A stretch of 62,944 nucleotides of DNA, filler included, from Octopus bimaculoides (taxonomy: Eukaryota), in NCBI RefSeq assembly GCF_001194135.2. It is 5 parts of 3 records of this genome, joined end to end, with 100 filler letters (N's around TTAATTAATTAA, not from the genome) between each part and the next. Parts side by side here need not be neighbours in the genome. Positions count along the whole stretch, not along the records: positions 35,902 to 62,944 come from NC_068982.1; 4 more parts are not named here. The stretch is one strand, 5' to 3'. Below are positions 36,408 to 50,393 of the stretch, piece by piece (within the stretch, counting starts at the first letter, position 1; every line of letters starts with the position of its first letter). The notes under the pieces are model-generated. The model saw only the letters and a list, made by a program, of their open reading frames with translations. It was not told where the DNA came from and searched no databases. The position numbers and the translations under genes are program-made.

Positions 36408-37080
36408 AGGATGTGTTATATATATATATATGAAAGGGATGTGTCATGATACTCTTCCACAGCCATACCAAGAATCCAGTAATACTTTTCTAGATATACG
36501 AAAATATCCATACCAACAATCCAACATACCTCCATCATTAGCTGCCTCACGGATATCATTATGGTTTCCATACGTGGGCAATACCATTCAATCCGGCGGT
36601 GTCAACAGCAATAAAATACGTGTTGTTTGGAAACAAACAAACCAAAATCACTACGGTTTTCAAACACATTTACCCTATGTACAACCGTATCGATAAATAA
36701 ATTCAATAAGTAAATTTCAACCAACTCCTAAATACGTAACTAAACAGAGACAAATCTATTAAGTCATACAAGATTATAATCTCTACCGTCTTCCGTAGTA
36801 TATTATAAAAGTAAAAGCTTAATAACCACATTATTTCAATTAATCAATTTATAGGCAGGATTAAACATTAACTTTAATAAAACTAAAACAAAGAAACAAA
36901 TAATGTACATTGTATTGGTATTAATAGTAAACTGCAATAACACGACTGAAATTATTTTAACTAATATTTTTTATGAGTGAAATACATTATTTCATTATTC
37001 AAATGTTAATAGTAAAACACTACATACTCATTAACATATCACCACGGCAAGCTATAATATTAAATTACCAGTAACTAATA

Positions 37081-37116
<36 letters not shown>

Positions 37117-38627
37117 CTAGAATAAGAATAGCCTGGGCCAAGTTTAGAGAGCNNNNNNNNNNNNNNNNNNNNNNNNNNNNNNNNNNNNNNNNNNNNNNNN
37201 NNNNNNNNNNNNNNNNNNNNNNNNNNNNNNNNNNNNNNNNNNNNNNNNNNNNNNNNNNNNNNNNNNNNNNNNNNNNNNNNNNNNNNNNNNNNNNNNNNNN
37301 NNNNNNNNNNNNNNNNNNNNNNNNNNNNNNNNNNNNNNNNNNNNNNNNNNNNNNNNNNNNNNNNNNNNNNNNNNNNNNNNNNNNNNNNNNNNNNNNNNNN
37401 NNNNNNNNNNNNNNNNNNNNNNNNNNNNNNNNNNNNNNNNNNNNNNNNNNNNNNNNNNNNNNNNNNNNNNNNNNNNNNNNNNNNNNNNNNNNNNNNNNNN
37501 NNNNNNNNNNNNNNNNNNNNNNNNNNNNNNNNNNNNNNNNNNNNNNNNNNNNNNNNNNNNNNNNNNNNNNNNNNNNNNNNNNNNNNNNNNNNNNNNNNNN
37601 NNNNNNNNNNNNNNNNNNNNNNNNNNNNNNNNNNNNNNNNNNNNNNNNNNNNNNNNNNNNNNNNNNNNNNNNNNNNNNNNNNNNNNNNNNNNNNNNNNNN
37701 NNNNNNNNNNNNNNNNNNNNNNNNNNNNNNNNNNNNNNNNNNNNNNNNNNNNNNNNNNNNNNNNNNNNNNNNNNNNNNNNNNNNNNNNNNNNNNNNNNNN
37801 NNNNNNNNNNNNNNNNNNNNNNNNNNNNNNNNNNNNNNNNNNNNNNNNNNNNNNNNNNNNNNNNNNNNNNNNNNNNNNNNNNNNNNNNNNNNNNNNNNNN
37901 NNNNNNNNNNNNNNNNNNNNNNNNNNNNNNNNNNNNNNNNNNNNNNNNNNNNNNNNNNNNNNNNNNNNNNNNNNNNNNNNNNNNNNNNNNNNNNNNNNNN
38001 NNNNNNNNNNNNNNNNNNNNNNNNNNNNNNNNNNNNNNNNNNNNNNNNNNNNNNNNNNNNNNNNNNNNNNNNNNNNNNNNNNNNNNNNNNNNNNNNNNNN
38101 NNNNNNNNATATATATATATATATATATATATATATCAATGCATATAATCTTAGGGAATATTCATTTATTTAACGAATGTGTTTGTAGGTATTAGTTTTT
38201 GTATTGAATGCACAATGAATAAAAAAATATATCAATAACATTGGGTTAAAATTGGTAAAGAAAGCAGCACTTTCGAGGGTTGTATATAACCAGCAAATCT
38301 GGAGACTGAAAGGAAGGGAGAGTCGGGAAACCAGTCTGAATCTTTGCATAGAAACAAATTAAATGCTAGTGGCATCATGTTCGTAGAGTTCGGATTTACC
38401 CGAGACTATGGTATAAGAAAATTGCCAACAGGTCACTACATTGTAATCGAATCTGGAACAACTGGTACTGACGATAATTTATTTACCAATCTGTCATTAA
38501 AGAACCAATATTGCTTCAGTAATTCGATTAAAATAATATGTAAATCTAAAGTAAATAGCGTCGCTTATCTGTGGATTCAAGAAACCATAAATATACCACT
38601 TATGTAAAAGAAGATATGTATTGTCGC

Positions 38628-38783
38628 ATTGGTGACTATATGGTTAGAAGCTTGCTTCTCAACCACATTGTTCCGGACTCTGTCCTACTGCGTGGCGCTT
38701 TGGAGAAGTGTCTTCTGATATAGCCTCACTCCGACCAAAGCCTTTTGATTGGACTTGGTAGACGGAACATGAAAGAAGCCTGT

Positions 38784-38790
<7 letters not shown>
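38628..38790 (+). mobile_element. SINE family A head, running into (CA)n and gap
   Basis: 'ggtgactatatggttagaagcttgcttctcaaccac..cggaacatgaaagaagcctgtc'. Confidence 0.8.
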
Positions 38791-38842
<52 letters not shown>

Positions 38843-40891
38843 ACACACGCACGCACACACACACGCGCACACACTCACGNNNNNNNNNNNNNNNNNNNNN
38901 NNNNNNNNNNNNNNNNNNNNNNNNNNNNNNNNNNNNNNNNNNNNNNNNNNNNNNNNNNNNNNNNNNNNNNNNNNNNNNNNNNNNNNNNNNNNNNNNNNNN
39001 NNNNNNNNNNNNNNNNNNNNNNNNNNNNNNNNNNNNNNNNNNNNNNNNNNNNNNNNNNNNNNNNNNNNNNNNNNNNNNNNNNNNNNNNNNNNNNNNNNNN
39101 NNNNNNNNNNNNNNNNNNNNNNNNNNNNNNNNNNNNNNNNNNNNNNNNNNNNNNNNNNNNNNNNNNNNNNNNNNNNNNNNNNNNNNNNNNNNNNNNNNNN
39201 NNNNNNNNNNNNNNNNNNNNNNNNNNNNNNNNNNNNNNNNNNNNNNNNNNNNNNNNNNNNNNNNNNNNNNNNNNNNNNNNNNNNNNNNNNNNNNNNNNNN
39301 NNNNNNNNNNNNNNNNNNNNNNNNNNNNNNNNNNNNNNNNNNNNNNNNNNNNNNNNNNNNNNNNNNNNNNNNNNNNNNNNNNNNNNNNNNNNNNNNNNNN
39401 NNNNNNNNNNNNNNNNNNNNNNNNNNNNNNNNNNNNNNNNNNNNNNNNNNNNNNNNNNNNNNNNNNNNNNNNNNNNNNNNNNNNNNNNNNNNNNNNNNNN
39501 NNNNNNNNNNNNNNNNNNNNNNNNNNNNNNNNNNNNNNNNNNNNNNNNNNNNNNNNNNNNNNNNNNNNNNNNNNNNNNNNNNNNNNNNNNNNNNNNNNNN
39601 NNNNNNNNNNNNNNNNNNNNNNNNNNNNNNNNNNNNNNNNNNNNNNNNNNNNNNNNNNNNNNNNNNNNNNNNNNNNNNNNNNNNNNNNNNNNNNNNNNNN
39701 NNNNNNNNNNNNNNNNNNNNNNNNNNNNNNNNNNNNNNNNNNNNNNNNNNNNNNNNNNNNNNNNNNTATATATATATATACACATACATAAATACATACA
39801 TACATACATACATACATACGTGAAGTGCACGTGTTGTTTTTTCGTGAGTTTTATTTTCATGGTTATTGTATTTGTGTATGTTTCTTTGTTTGTATGTGTA
39901 CATATTTGTGTTTATAAGTATTTCTGATTTTGTATATAGAAACGTATTAGATTCCGTTAAGATTTTCAACTCTTATGCACGTCAGAGAGACATCTTCAGT
40001 TGAAGTGTCAAACTTATTTCGTTATCGTCTTTCTGATGTAGTGTATAGCTAAACATAAATATTAACTCCATAACTTATACAATACAGAAAGATATGCTCT
40101 GTGTCTGTGAGTGTGTGTGTGTATGATTATGATAGGAAGAAAGGGACAAATACACAAAGCGAATGTGTAAGAATGTGTGAGACGCCATGAAACAAGGAAT
40201 CTTGAGGTGGAAATAGAAAGTATTGACAGACAGCATGATATTATAGAAACAACATCAGCTAAATTCCAAGTTACCACTAAGAAAATAGGTAAATCTGATT
40301 TTCACCTATATTTTCTCTTACATTTGTATACTTTTCTCAATTTTTTTTTTTTTTAGGTGTGTCGAAATACTCTTAATGTAACACATTGCTAGATACTTCA
40401 GTGTCAGCCAGATATAACTTATATTGACATATTTCCTACAAGTAATCCACACTTGAGCAGCTTTCACTTTCAAGCTGAATTTATCGCCGTCACTGGATAT
40501 GTTTAGATACTTCTAATACTTCTACAAGAAAAAGAAGAAAATGAAAGCGGCCATCTTGCAGATAAAATTTTATTAAGAATAAATATACATAAACAAAAAC
40601 TGGGAGATAAAATGAAAGGAATCTTAATATTGATTGTGATGGTTTACTAAATAAAACTGATGTATTATTACATCTCTATGATATTTTTGTGTTTCACAAC
40701 AAGAAACATTCTGCACACACATAGTGGCATGCAAATATATATGTGCGTGTTTTAATACGAATGTGCAAATGTATACTTTTATATACACACGCGCTAACAT
40801 GTGCATATGTTTGCATATATGTGCTTAGGTATACATGTATATATATACATGTATATATGTATATGTACACATATATGTATGTATGTATGTT

Positions 40892-40922
<31 letters not shown>

Positions 40923-41547
40923 CGGTGTGTACTTGTGGGAATGTGTGCATATGCATACGTTCGGGCGTGTGTGTTTTTATATGTGTGCGTGTGTATGTAA
41001 GTGTGTGTGTATGTGTGTATGTGTGCGCCTGCATTTTTGTGTCTGCGCACATGCAAGGATCAAATGTCATAACATCGTTCTGCAATCGGATAAGACGCAA
41101 CTAGGAAAAAATCAACAACACTTATTACTTTAAGAAATGGTAAATATCCTGAAGGAACTTGGAGTAATTGTCGACAAAGGATATCGCAAGAATCTATGCA
41201 ACGACTATTAGTGTCGTATTTCCAATTTCTCAGTTTGAAGTTACGAGTAGATTGTACCTTAGCAGAGTGGTGAATCTTTTACAGATCTCGAATATCGTGT
41301 GCTAAGAAATATAATATCGTCATGTTGAATAAGGCAGCGCCTTTAAACAGCTCCTCAGCATTCGATTATGTAAGAATCGAAATGAACCTGCAATGCAGCA
41401 AGGGAGACATATCAAAACTGTGAGAATGATATCGCATTTTCTCATTTACGAAATACCAAATACAGAAAGATACTGCATTGGGTTAAACAAATAAAATACT
41501 AAAAATTGTATTGATATGTGTATTTCTATGTGTGAATGTATGTGAAC

Positions 41548-41586
<39 letters not shown>

Positions 41587-43128
41587 CTAATGATGTGAGC
41601 AAACAGGAATAGATTACCCAGTCCTGTACCGTAGTAGCTCTCAGGTATATTCCAGGATACGGTTAGCCACATCAAGTAATAATAAACATTAGTCATCGCT
41701 TAGTATGAGTCATCTCTCCGGTAATTCTTCTGATGGATAACTCAGGGTTCACTTTGCTGGGTTATTAATATCATCATGAGTGTAATTTTCAAATAATTAC
41801 AAAGAATACGACGACTGGTACATGTCGTATACGACTATTGGTACGACGATTGGTACAAGAATACGACGATTAGTACAAATTTTTCTCTTAATTTTACATT
41901 TGATCGAAAAGCATAGTTAGTTGGTTAAACTGACTGACACGTGAGATGTTTACACCTGTACGGAAAATTTGTATGGATTTCTTACAGATATCTTGTCCTA
42001 TACACAAACAGGAGGTGCGAATTATAGAGGTATTCGTCGAGACATTATCTGGCCTAACTTCCAACTAAGTATCGTTATTATAACTTAGAATATCTTCCTT
42101 TCCTTTCTTTTTTTTTTTTAATCATAGTAATACATACAGATACGGTACCTTGCGCATAACCTAAAACTTAACTTTTGATGTCCTTCCTAAGGGACATCAT
42201 AAAAAAAAATATATAGTGATAGAACTTCATCAATGAAATTAATTTTAATATCAACTCTATCCAATCTTTCACATAAAGAAAAAGCCTATTAGAATACTCA
42301 CATATTCTTTGACCTAATTCAATGTATATACAACTCCAGACTTGCGTCCTGGCATTGGTGCTAACTTGAAGCTCGCCTAAATAAACTTTCTAGCTGTATC
42401 AAATTTCAACATATATCCCTTTACTTCTAGTTGTGCATTAAACAAATTAGAATAAGGAAATAGCCACAAACAAATTAACTCAGTTCGCCTCAAACCACAC
42501 TTGTTGAAAGACTGAATGAAGCTTCCCAGCAGACTGTGCTGATTTGCTTGCATGCGCAACTGTAGATACTCTGCGCAGCAGGAATCCGTGTCGGTCAAAT
42601 TTAACCAGCTAATTATGCTGTATCACCAACTGTAAAATTAAAAGAAAAAAGAAAAAGCTTATTCCCAAAACTTTCTCTGACGACCTATTTATAGAGTCTA
42701 CATTCACATATCTGTGATAGCACCTGTCTATCAAAAACTCGAAACTTTCCTTCACTGGCAGATATTTTATTTTAGATCAAACATAAATATTCTACATTGT
42801 TTTCCTTGTATGTTCCGCTATATTTAAAAAGCGTTGAGCTACAACAATATAACACTCGCGTGTCGACAAAACAACACATCTGAAAATTAAGCTCGATCTT
42901 ACATTAAGAAACAGGACAACAGAGTAATTAGTCTCTATCAATTTACTTATTTTTGTACCTAGTAATTTCGTCCATGAAAATTAGGTGCATAAAGACAGAA
43001 TCAAAAGATATTTATACAATATTTCGTAATGAAAATAAACTAATTTCGACGTTGCCATCTCTGCTTCTATTTTGTTCTATTGCAACAATGAGTTTATATA
43101 TATTTTGTTTTTAAATCTTTTTATTTAG

Positions 43129-43248
43129 ATTGATGCATTACGAAAATTAAAACAAGGAGGAAAGGAAAATCTTCAGATGTCAATGTCTGATAACATTAGA
43201 CCGACAATGTCGACAAATCAGCGTCCAGTACGAACAAATATAAACTTC
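43129..43248 (+). CDS. Candidate 120-bp coding exon (phase 0-0), product unknown
   Basis: Acceptor aaatctttttatttag| and donor TTC|gtaagt. Only one frame is open: IDALRKLKQGGKENLQMSMSDNIRPTMSTNQRPVRTNINF. Confidence 0.55.
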
Positions 43249-44371
43249 GTAAGTATGAACATTTACATGAAATTGCAGTTATTTTCTAATCTGCCGGCGT
43301 ATGATGGGTTAGAATATCTTTGAAACTTGACTGCGTCGAACTACATACATCACAATATTTCTTTTTCAGTGTTTTCCATTTATAAATTTTGGTTTAAATA
43401 CGAATGTACATTTACTTTCATGAGCGTCGAATGAATAAACACGATTAGTTTACTCAAATCAGTCTACTGATTCTACCACTTGATATACAAAGCGTTATCG
43501 CTTATATATTCAAGAGGATTATAAGTTTATAATTAACATAAAGTGATTAATGCCTAACTATGATTATATACCTCAACTTCTTCAAAATTTTCAAAAGAGT
43601 TTTTAAAAGATGTTAGCGAATTTGAAATAATACATTCCTTTACATAACTATTAATAAATGTATAGAAATCATTGTAATACACTGTAGAATATTACCTTAA
43701 AAAAATTGACCGCATTTAAAGTACAGGCATTATTGAAAACTGTTCAAGAAAGCATATGTTACATTTAATTTATAAAATATGCATTTGAAAAATTATGTTG
43801 GAAATTAGTACGGGTAGATTATACCAAAGAATACATATCGTGTACAATTGATACCATTCATACATACTCAGTAGATAGTACTAAATCTAGATTAGGAATG
43901 TATTATTTGGGACTGTATATATATATATATATATATACATNNNNNNNNNNNNNNNNNNNNNNNNNNNNNNNNNNNNNNNNNNNNNNNNNNNNNNNNNNNN
44001 NNNNNNNNNNNNNNNNNNNNNNNNNNNNNNNNNNNNNNNNNNNNNNNNNNNNNNNNNNNNNNNNNNNNNNNNNNNNNNNNNNNNNNNNNNNNNNNNNNNN
44101 NNNNNNNNNNNNNNNNNNNNNNNNNNNNNNNNNNNNNNNNNNNNNNNNNNNNNNNNNNNNNNNNNNNNNNNNNNTATATATATATATATATATGTATATA
44201 TATGCATATATACATACATATATATATACATACTTACATATAAATGTATATACACATGCGTGTATTGGTACAGGACGCCATAAAACGTACACATGAAATA
44301 CGAAAACATGGAATGCGAACTATTTTGCGAACAACGAAAGTAACAAATAGAAAACAAGACAAGTAACATAA

Positions 44372-44959
44372 AGAAGGACCCTTCATCAGTTGTAGGCTGT
44401 TTCATCTACTCCACGTTTCGAGCAATTACGACAAGGTGTGTCTTCGAGAAAACAGTTGCTCCCGCAATGCAAATGACATTTAGGATTTGTGGAGGGTCAA
44501 AGTAGGTACCAAAAGCAGGACAGTGGCAAGAAACAGTAAGGGCTGCTAAGCAGTAACGAGGTGAGGTGGCAAACGCTGGAGGAACAAGCTTTGACAGGAG
44601 AAAAGATAGGAGACAGACAAGAATGCGTGTGATATGTGTGGTAGATCAAAAGGAAAGAAAGAAGCACAAGTTAGGAAAAGAAAGATGGTCGATGGTCACG
44701 TGTGAGCAACGAAAGGTTAAAGGAGGAAGAGTGAGAAAGAGAGAGGGACTGATAGAGAACGGTGAGGAGAGGAAAAGGATTAGAGAAAGAATGCGAGAGG
44801 AAAAACGAAAGAGGGAGCGGGGGAGATACAAAGAATTAGAGAAATCCCAAATTTAATTTGCTTTGCGAGATCAACTGCTTTCTTGAAGATACATCTTGTA
44901 ATAATTGCTCGAAATGTGGAGTAGATAAAACAGCGGACAACTGATGAAAGGACATTCTT
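44372..44959. repeat. Inverted repeat (~105-bp arms 44372-44474 / 44856-44959) around a purine-rich spacer; possibly Penelope-like
   Basis: Arms are clearly complementary though diverged, and carry CGAAA..GTA and CTGATGA motifs. Confidence 0.7.
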
Positions 44960-45872
44960 CCCAATATCGTATTTATTTTAAAACATTGCTAACATTCTGC
45001 ACCATTTTTCTGATACTGTTATTTAAAATTGAAATTAAACCTATAAAGTTAAAAAATATATATTGTTTTTAATTTTGTATGTTATTGAATGCTTGTCGTG
45101 GCCTCTGTCTTAAAATAGCCTAGTTTTGAACCTTTGCATAGAGTAATTTTTATTCAGTAATCTTAAAAATGTATAAATACACTTTTATCTACACATCTCT
45201 CTTCTGTTTACAAGGACTTAGGCAGCGAAAATACTGAAGTGTGAATCTAATGTCACCTAGTGATTGTAAGTTTTAAAGCCCATAACTCCTTCAACTAGAA
45301 AGCTGAAATTTCAGATATACTATTTCTGCATCGGAATGCGGTAGCTCCCCAAGTCTGGTAAAAACTTGAGCAAGCGTTATGAACGCCACTAGAATTTTGC
45401 ATGATTTTGTGTGACGTTTTTTTTTTTTGCAAAGAAAGCTAAATAAATGTTAGTTTCCTGACTTGTATAACATTATTCATCGAATTACAGTGTAGGGTTA
45501 TTAGGTTGTGAAAGATTCATAGCCCTAATATATATATATTGGAGAAAACTTCTCTGTTATGGTAAAAGGAGTAAACACATCTGCCCAGTGTTGGCACTTT
45601 TCAGATTCTTTAGAAGTTGAAAAGTGTCATAAACACATGTTAACTAATCTAAAGTTCGCTTACGGCTAAGCATTGCTCGGCGCTGACACTGCTGTATTTA
45701 TGTGTGACTATATCATTTCACGGATTGGAATGGACCCATGAAATATCTGAGCTCTGTTTTTAGTGCTTGCAAACAGTGAAATATACATTCATCATAATTA
45801 TGTATTGAGTGAGTATTTAAGACTAGCTCCATCCTGAATCGATGCTGTATGTGTATATATGTTTGCCTATCG

Positions 45873-45928
<56 letters not shown>

Positions 45929-45938
45929 NNNNNNNNNN

Positions 45939-45988
<50 letters not shown>

Positions 45989-46074
45989 GTATGTTTGTAT
46001 GTATATATGTATGCATGCATTTATATATGCATGTATGTATGTATGGCGCTTTATCCTTGAGCAGTACACATTAT

Positions 46075-46295
46075 TTCTCGTTTGATCCAGTGCGCTCAGC
46101 TTGCAAAAATGAGTTGTAGCTTTAATTCAAAAGACTAGTCTTGTCTCACTTGTCACGCTGAACCTCCCTTAGAACTATGTGAAAGGTACGCGTGTCTGTG
46201 GATTGCTCAACTACTTCCACGTTAATTTAACGAGCAGGCTGTTCCGTCGATCGGTTCAACTAAAACACTTGTTGTCGTACCGGACAGAGATCCAC
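46075..46295 (+). mobile_element. SINE family C, 3' part, degenerate
   Basis: 'cttgtctcacttgtcacgctgaacctccct..gtacgcgtgtctgtgga..gagcaggctgttccgtcgatcgg'. Confidence 0.8.
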
Positions 46296-46629
46296 ATAAT
46301 GTATGTATAAATTGAAAAGTGCAAACCTTGTGAATTTGTGTGCGCCATAACTTTTTTCAATATAGCATTTTAAAATCTTATCCGCACACATAAAGTGCGC
46401 GCGCACACACACATATATACATTTTAATTATATATATTTTTTTATGGTTTCGTTTCTGCCTCTGAAGAAGGGGCTGGTTGCTAACAGTGTACAAAGTTGT
46501 TTTTATAATGTAGATAACAAAACGAAGTAACATTTGAAAACAGACTATATTTGGAATGTGCGGATTAGCCGGCTGATTTCTTGTACTCACAAAACGGTGT
46601 GCACCAAATTGGCATGAATGTGCTTGGCA

Positions 46630-46685
46630 TAAATGTGAATTTATAATCTGGATATAAGAGCTGGAGGATTCTGAGCAGTTCCCTA
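46630..46685 (-). mobile_element. Short remnant resembling the C-terminal region of an RLE-type (R4/Dong-like) LINE
   Basis: ELLRILQLLYPDYKFTFMP resembles the segment preceding the iP.vIGALG motif. The match is short. Confidence 0.35.
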
Positions 46686-46688
46686 TAC

Positions 46689-46719
<31 letters not shown>

Positions 46720-49262
46720 TGGATGGATGTATGTATATGTATGTATGCATGTATCTCAACTTGTTTATATATATATNNNNNNNNNNNNNNNNNNNNNNNN
46801 NNNNNNNNNNNNNNNNNNNNNNNNNNNNNNNNNNNNNNNNNNNNNNNNNNNNNNNNNNNNNNNNNNNNNNNNNNNNNNNNNNNNNNNNNNNNNNNNNNNN
46901 NNNNNNNNNNNNNNNNNNNNNNNNNNNNNNNNNNNNNNNNNNNNNNNNNNNNNNNNNTATATATATGTATGTATGTATATACATACATATATGCATACAT
47001 ACATACACACATACATACATACATACAGACATACATATGCATATATGTATCATTGTATCGTGTGTTCTGAAATTAAGTCAGTTTCAAGTGTTTAAACTTA
47101 TTCATTGAAATAAAGCAAAGCTTTATGTATGAACATACACACACCTCAGATTCATCGGATTATAATTAAAGTGGACTGAATTAACACTACTTTTCTGCTA
47201 ACACGCTTAATGTGGGACATGACATGCGCTTTAGAGAGTAAAGCTTATTCTCAATATTTTGTCTGGCAATTTCTTTATCGAAGCTGTATTTACCTTTTAA
47301 ACACTTGTCTATTTAAAAATGTGGATATTATATGTTTCTTTGTCTCACAAATGTTTTATCTTGAATTAAAGGTAATTGCTTGGTATTTTTTCCCTGCATT
47401 TATCGCTATATTCAAAAAGTGTTAAGCTGCAGCGTAATACACATGTCCACAAACGATACATCTGAAAACGCAGTTTGAAGAAAAAATGTCTGCATAGGAT
47501 ACTTAAAACAAATTTTGCGAACAAAATCTTATCATATACCACACTACTTACCCACAACTCTTTTCCATTTATGAACACATCTAATGTGAAATAACTTGGT
47601 TATTTAATAAAGAGATCGTTGAAAATTCAGCTTGCAACAACATTTTTATTTTCAAATTTAGACGCCCGAAAATTTAGTTCTACTAATTAATATACGTAAA
47701 TTTATTATGTAGACTTAAGAAAGTATCACCCAATTTACTCTCGGCATGCTAGTTACTTCTGGTCAGTCATATCGAGTGGAAACGGAACGTTTCAATAACT
47801 AATTAAATCGCTAATTAACTAATTATATATNNNNNNNNNNNNNNNNNNNNNNNNNNNNNNNNNNNNNNNNNNNNNNNNNNNNNNNNNNNNNNNNNNNNNN
47901 NNNNNNNNNNNNNNNNNNNNNNNNNNNNNNNNNNNNNNNNNNNNNNNNNNNNNNNNNNNNNNNNNNNNNNNNNNNNNNNNNNNNNNNNNNNNNNNNNNNN
48001 NNNNNNNNNNNNNNNNNNNNNNNNNNNNNNNNNNNNNNNNNNNNNNNNNNNNNNNNNNNNNNNNNNNNNNNNNNNNNNNNNNNNNNNNNNNNNNNNNNNN
48101 NNNNNNNNNNNNNNNNNNNNNNNNNNNNNNNNNNNNNNNNNNNNNNNNNNNNNNNNNNNNNNNNNNNNNNNNNNNNGTAACTTTTCTCACTCATATATTT
48201 GTTGAGATTCCTATTTTCATTGTACAGAATTATATGTCCAGTTGTAAAAGTCAGAAAAAAGGATTTAGGAGAAAATATGGTTCATGCTCCAAAATGTATT
48301 TTTCCCCATTCATACAAATCCTCCTCCAAATTATATCAAAATAAATATTTTTTTCAAATACCACTACTGTCAAAGTTGGTTTTTATGCTAAGAAACATAC
48401 AGTCCGTTAATATGTAAAATAGTAGGCCGAAAGGAAATTAAATGAATCTTAAGTTATCCCGTAGAGTACTGATTATCATAATTAAATCTTAGCTGTGAAC
48501 AAGTATCGAACCGATATCAATTATATTCATTTCGTTCACGCTGACATCGAAAAATGGACAAGCTCCTCCCTAGTAATTGAAATGAAACTATTTTGATCGA
48601 TGTTGCTGCAAGTTAATTGAAACGTTCAAACTAGTAGAATAGCTGCCTCCAATTGACGCACAGCTAGGATTTAGTCTCTCTGCGTAGAATACTTAGTGTT
48701 TCTTAATGCCTTTACTGCTAATTATATGATTTGATAGATAGATAGGAATTAACAACGATTTTTAGTCAGACTTCTGTAATTGATATAATTAAGATAGCCG
48801 TATTAAGGGAACTGGCAACAATAGAACGTCTTTAATAGCATTAAATTTTCTATTTAGAGTTTGCTTGCAGTTATATTCCTTGTATTTCGACTAGTGTATA
48901 ATATAAATGGATACAGATTTATCAAACAACATTGGGAATGGTTAAGACGTATTGTGTTTAAAATATTTAGCGTTTGTTTCTCATATAAAATAATATTGTT
49001 ATTATATAACATTCTTTGAACGCGTATCTTCGAGGTACATCTTCCTAAAGTAGACAAAATGAAAACTTTTGAAAACTGAAATTGAACTGTAATGTAAACT
49101 TAACACTAGGTTAAATTGTCAAAATGTGGAAGGAATACAAAATTAAGGAAATCAATTGCATTAGATATTTAGCACTGAATATGACGAGCGAACTGTTGTT
49201 GACCTCGTATGATTAAATATTTATAACTTCTAAACTTACGAAATTCAACTTGTCCTATTCAG

Positions 49263-49329
49263 AAACATCTGAAAAATCATGAAAAATTCATAATCCATGC
49301 ATGCACAACATGCATTATTATCAGCTTGC
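49263..49329 (+). CDS. Candidate 67-bp coding exon (phase 0 to 1)
   Basis: Acceptor cttgtcctattcag| and donor TGC|gtaagt. Only one frame is open: KHLKNHEKFIIHACTTCIIISL. Phase-compatible with 43129-43248. Confidence 0.4.
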
Positions 49330-49908
49330 GTAAGTAAATAAACTGTATACTGATTTCCATAAACAAGAGTCAGTACTCTTCTTAGACAATTGATTCTGGA
49401 TGGGCTGCTTTGATAGAGGAGACAATGGTCAAATACCGTAGTCTCTCAAATAGCCAATATCACTGATTTGCGTGTTATGAACACACATCGTTTTCACAGA
49501 TGTGATACCCTCCGATAAAAGAAAACCACAGCGATCGGAATATTCATGTACGAATCTGGCAGAATAATATTGAGAATGAATAAATATAAATTATATGTGT
49601 TATTTATAGTATGACAAATATAGAATCAATTCTTGGTTCACATTTCATATTGAAATCCGATCAAATCTATTACAAATCAGTTTTGTATTACTCGTATAAT
49701 GATTCACTACTTTAGAGCAAATGTGATGTTACTATTTATTGAATTCACTAGAAGGGATACTGAGGCGTAGGTATATCTATGCATTTATGCTGTTTGCTTT
49801 AGAATCAAGTGGTTAGAAATTCAAAGTCACTAAAGAGTACTAAACATACCATTATTAGCTTGTCAACGTACTGTAAGAAAAGTGTGTGAAATGTGAACCC
49901 TTAGGAAG

Positions 49909-49939
<31 letters not shown>

Positions 49940-50339
49940 NNNNNNNNNNNNNNNNNNNNNNNNNNNNNNNNNNNNNNNNNNNNNNNNNNNNNNNNNNNNN
50001 NNNNNNNNNNNNNNNNNNNNNNNNNNNNNNNNNNNNNNNNNNNNNNNNNNNNNNNNNNNNNNNNNNNNNNNNNNNNNNNNNNNNNNNNNNNNNNNNNNNN
50101 NNNNNNNNNNNNNNNNNNNNNNNNNNNNNNNNNNNNNNNNNNNNNNNNNNNNNNNNNNNNNNNNNNNNNNNNNNNNNNNNNNNNNNNNNNNNNNNNNNNN
50201 NNNNNNNNNNNNNNNNNNNNNNNNNNNNNNNNNNNNNNNNNNNNNNNNNNNNNNNNNNNNNNNNNNNNNNNNNNNNATATATATATATATAGAAAGAAAG
50301 ATAGATAGATACATAGATAGACAGACAGACAGACAGATG

Positions 50340-50393
<54 letters not shown>

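Noticed and set aside
41285-41369. Candidate 85-bp exon (SRISCAKKYNIVMLNKAAPLNSSSAFDY|gtaaga)
   Set aside because: The polypyrimidine tract is weak and there is no recognisable homology. It is not excluded, but there is too little support to list it.
41802-41878. Short reiterated tacgacgattggtac motif
   Set aside because: It is a small degenerate minisatellite with no further structure.
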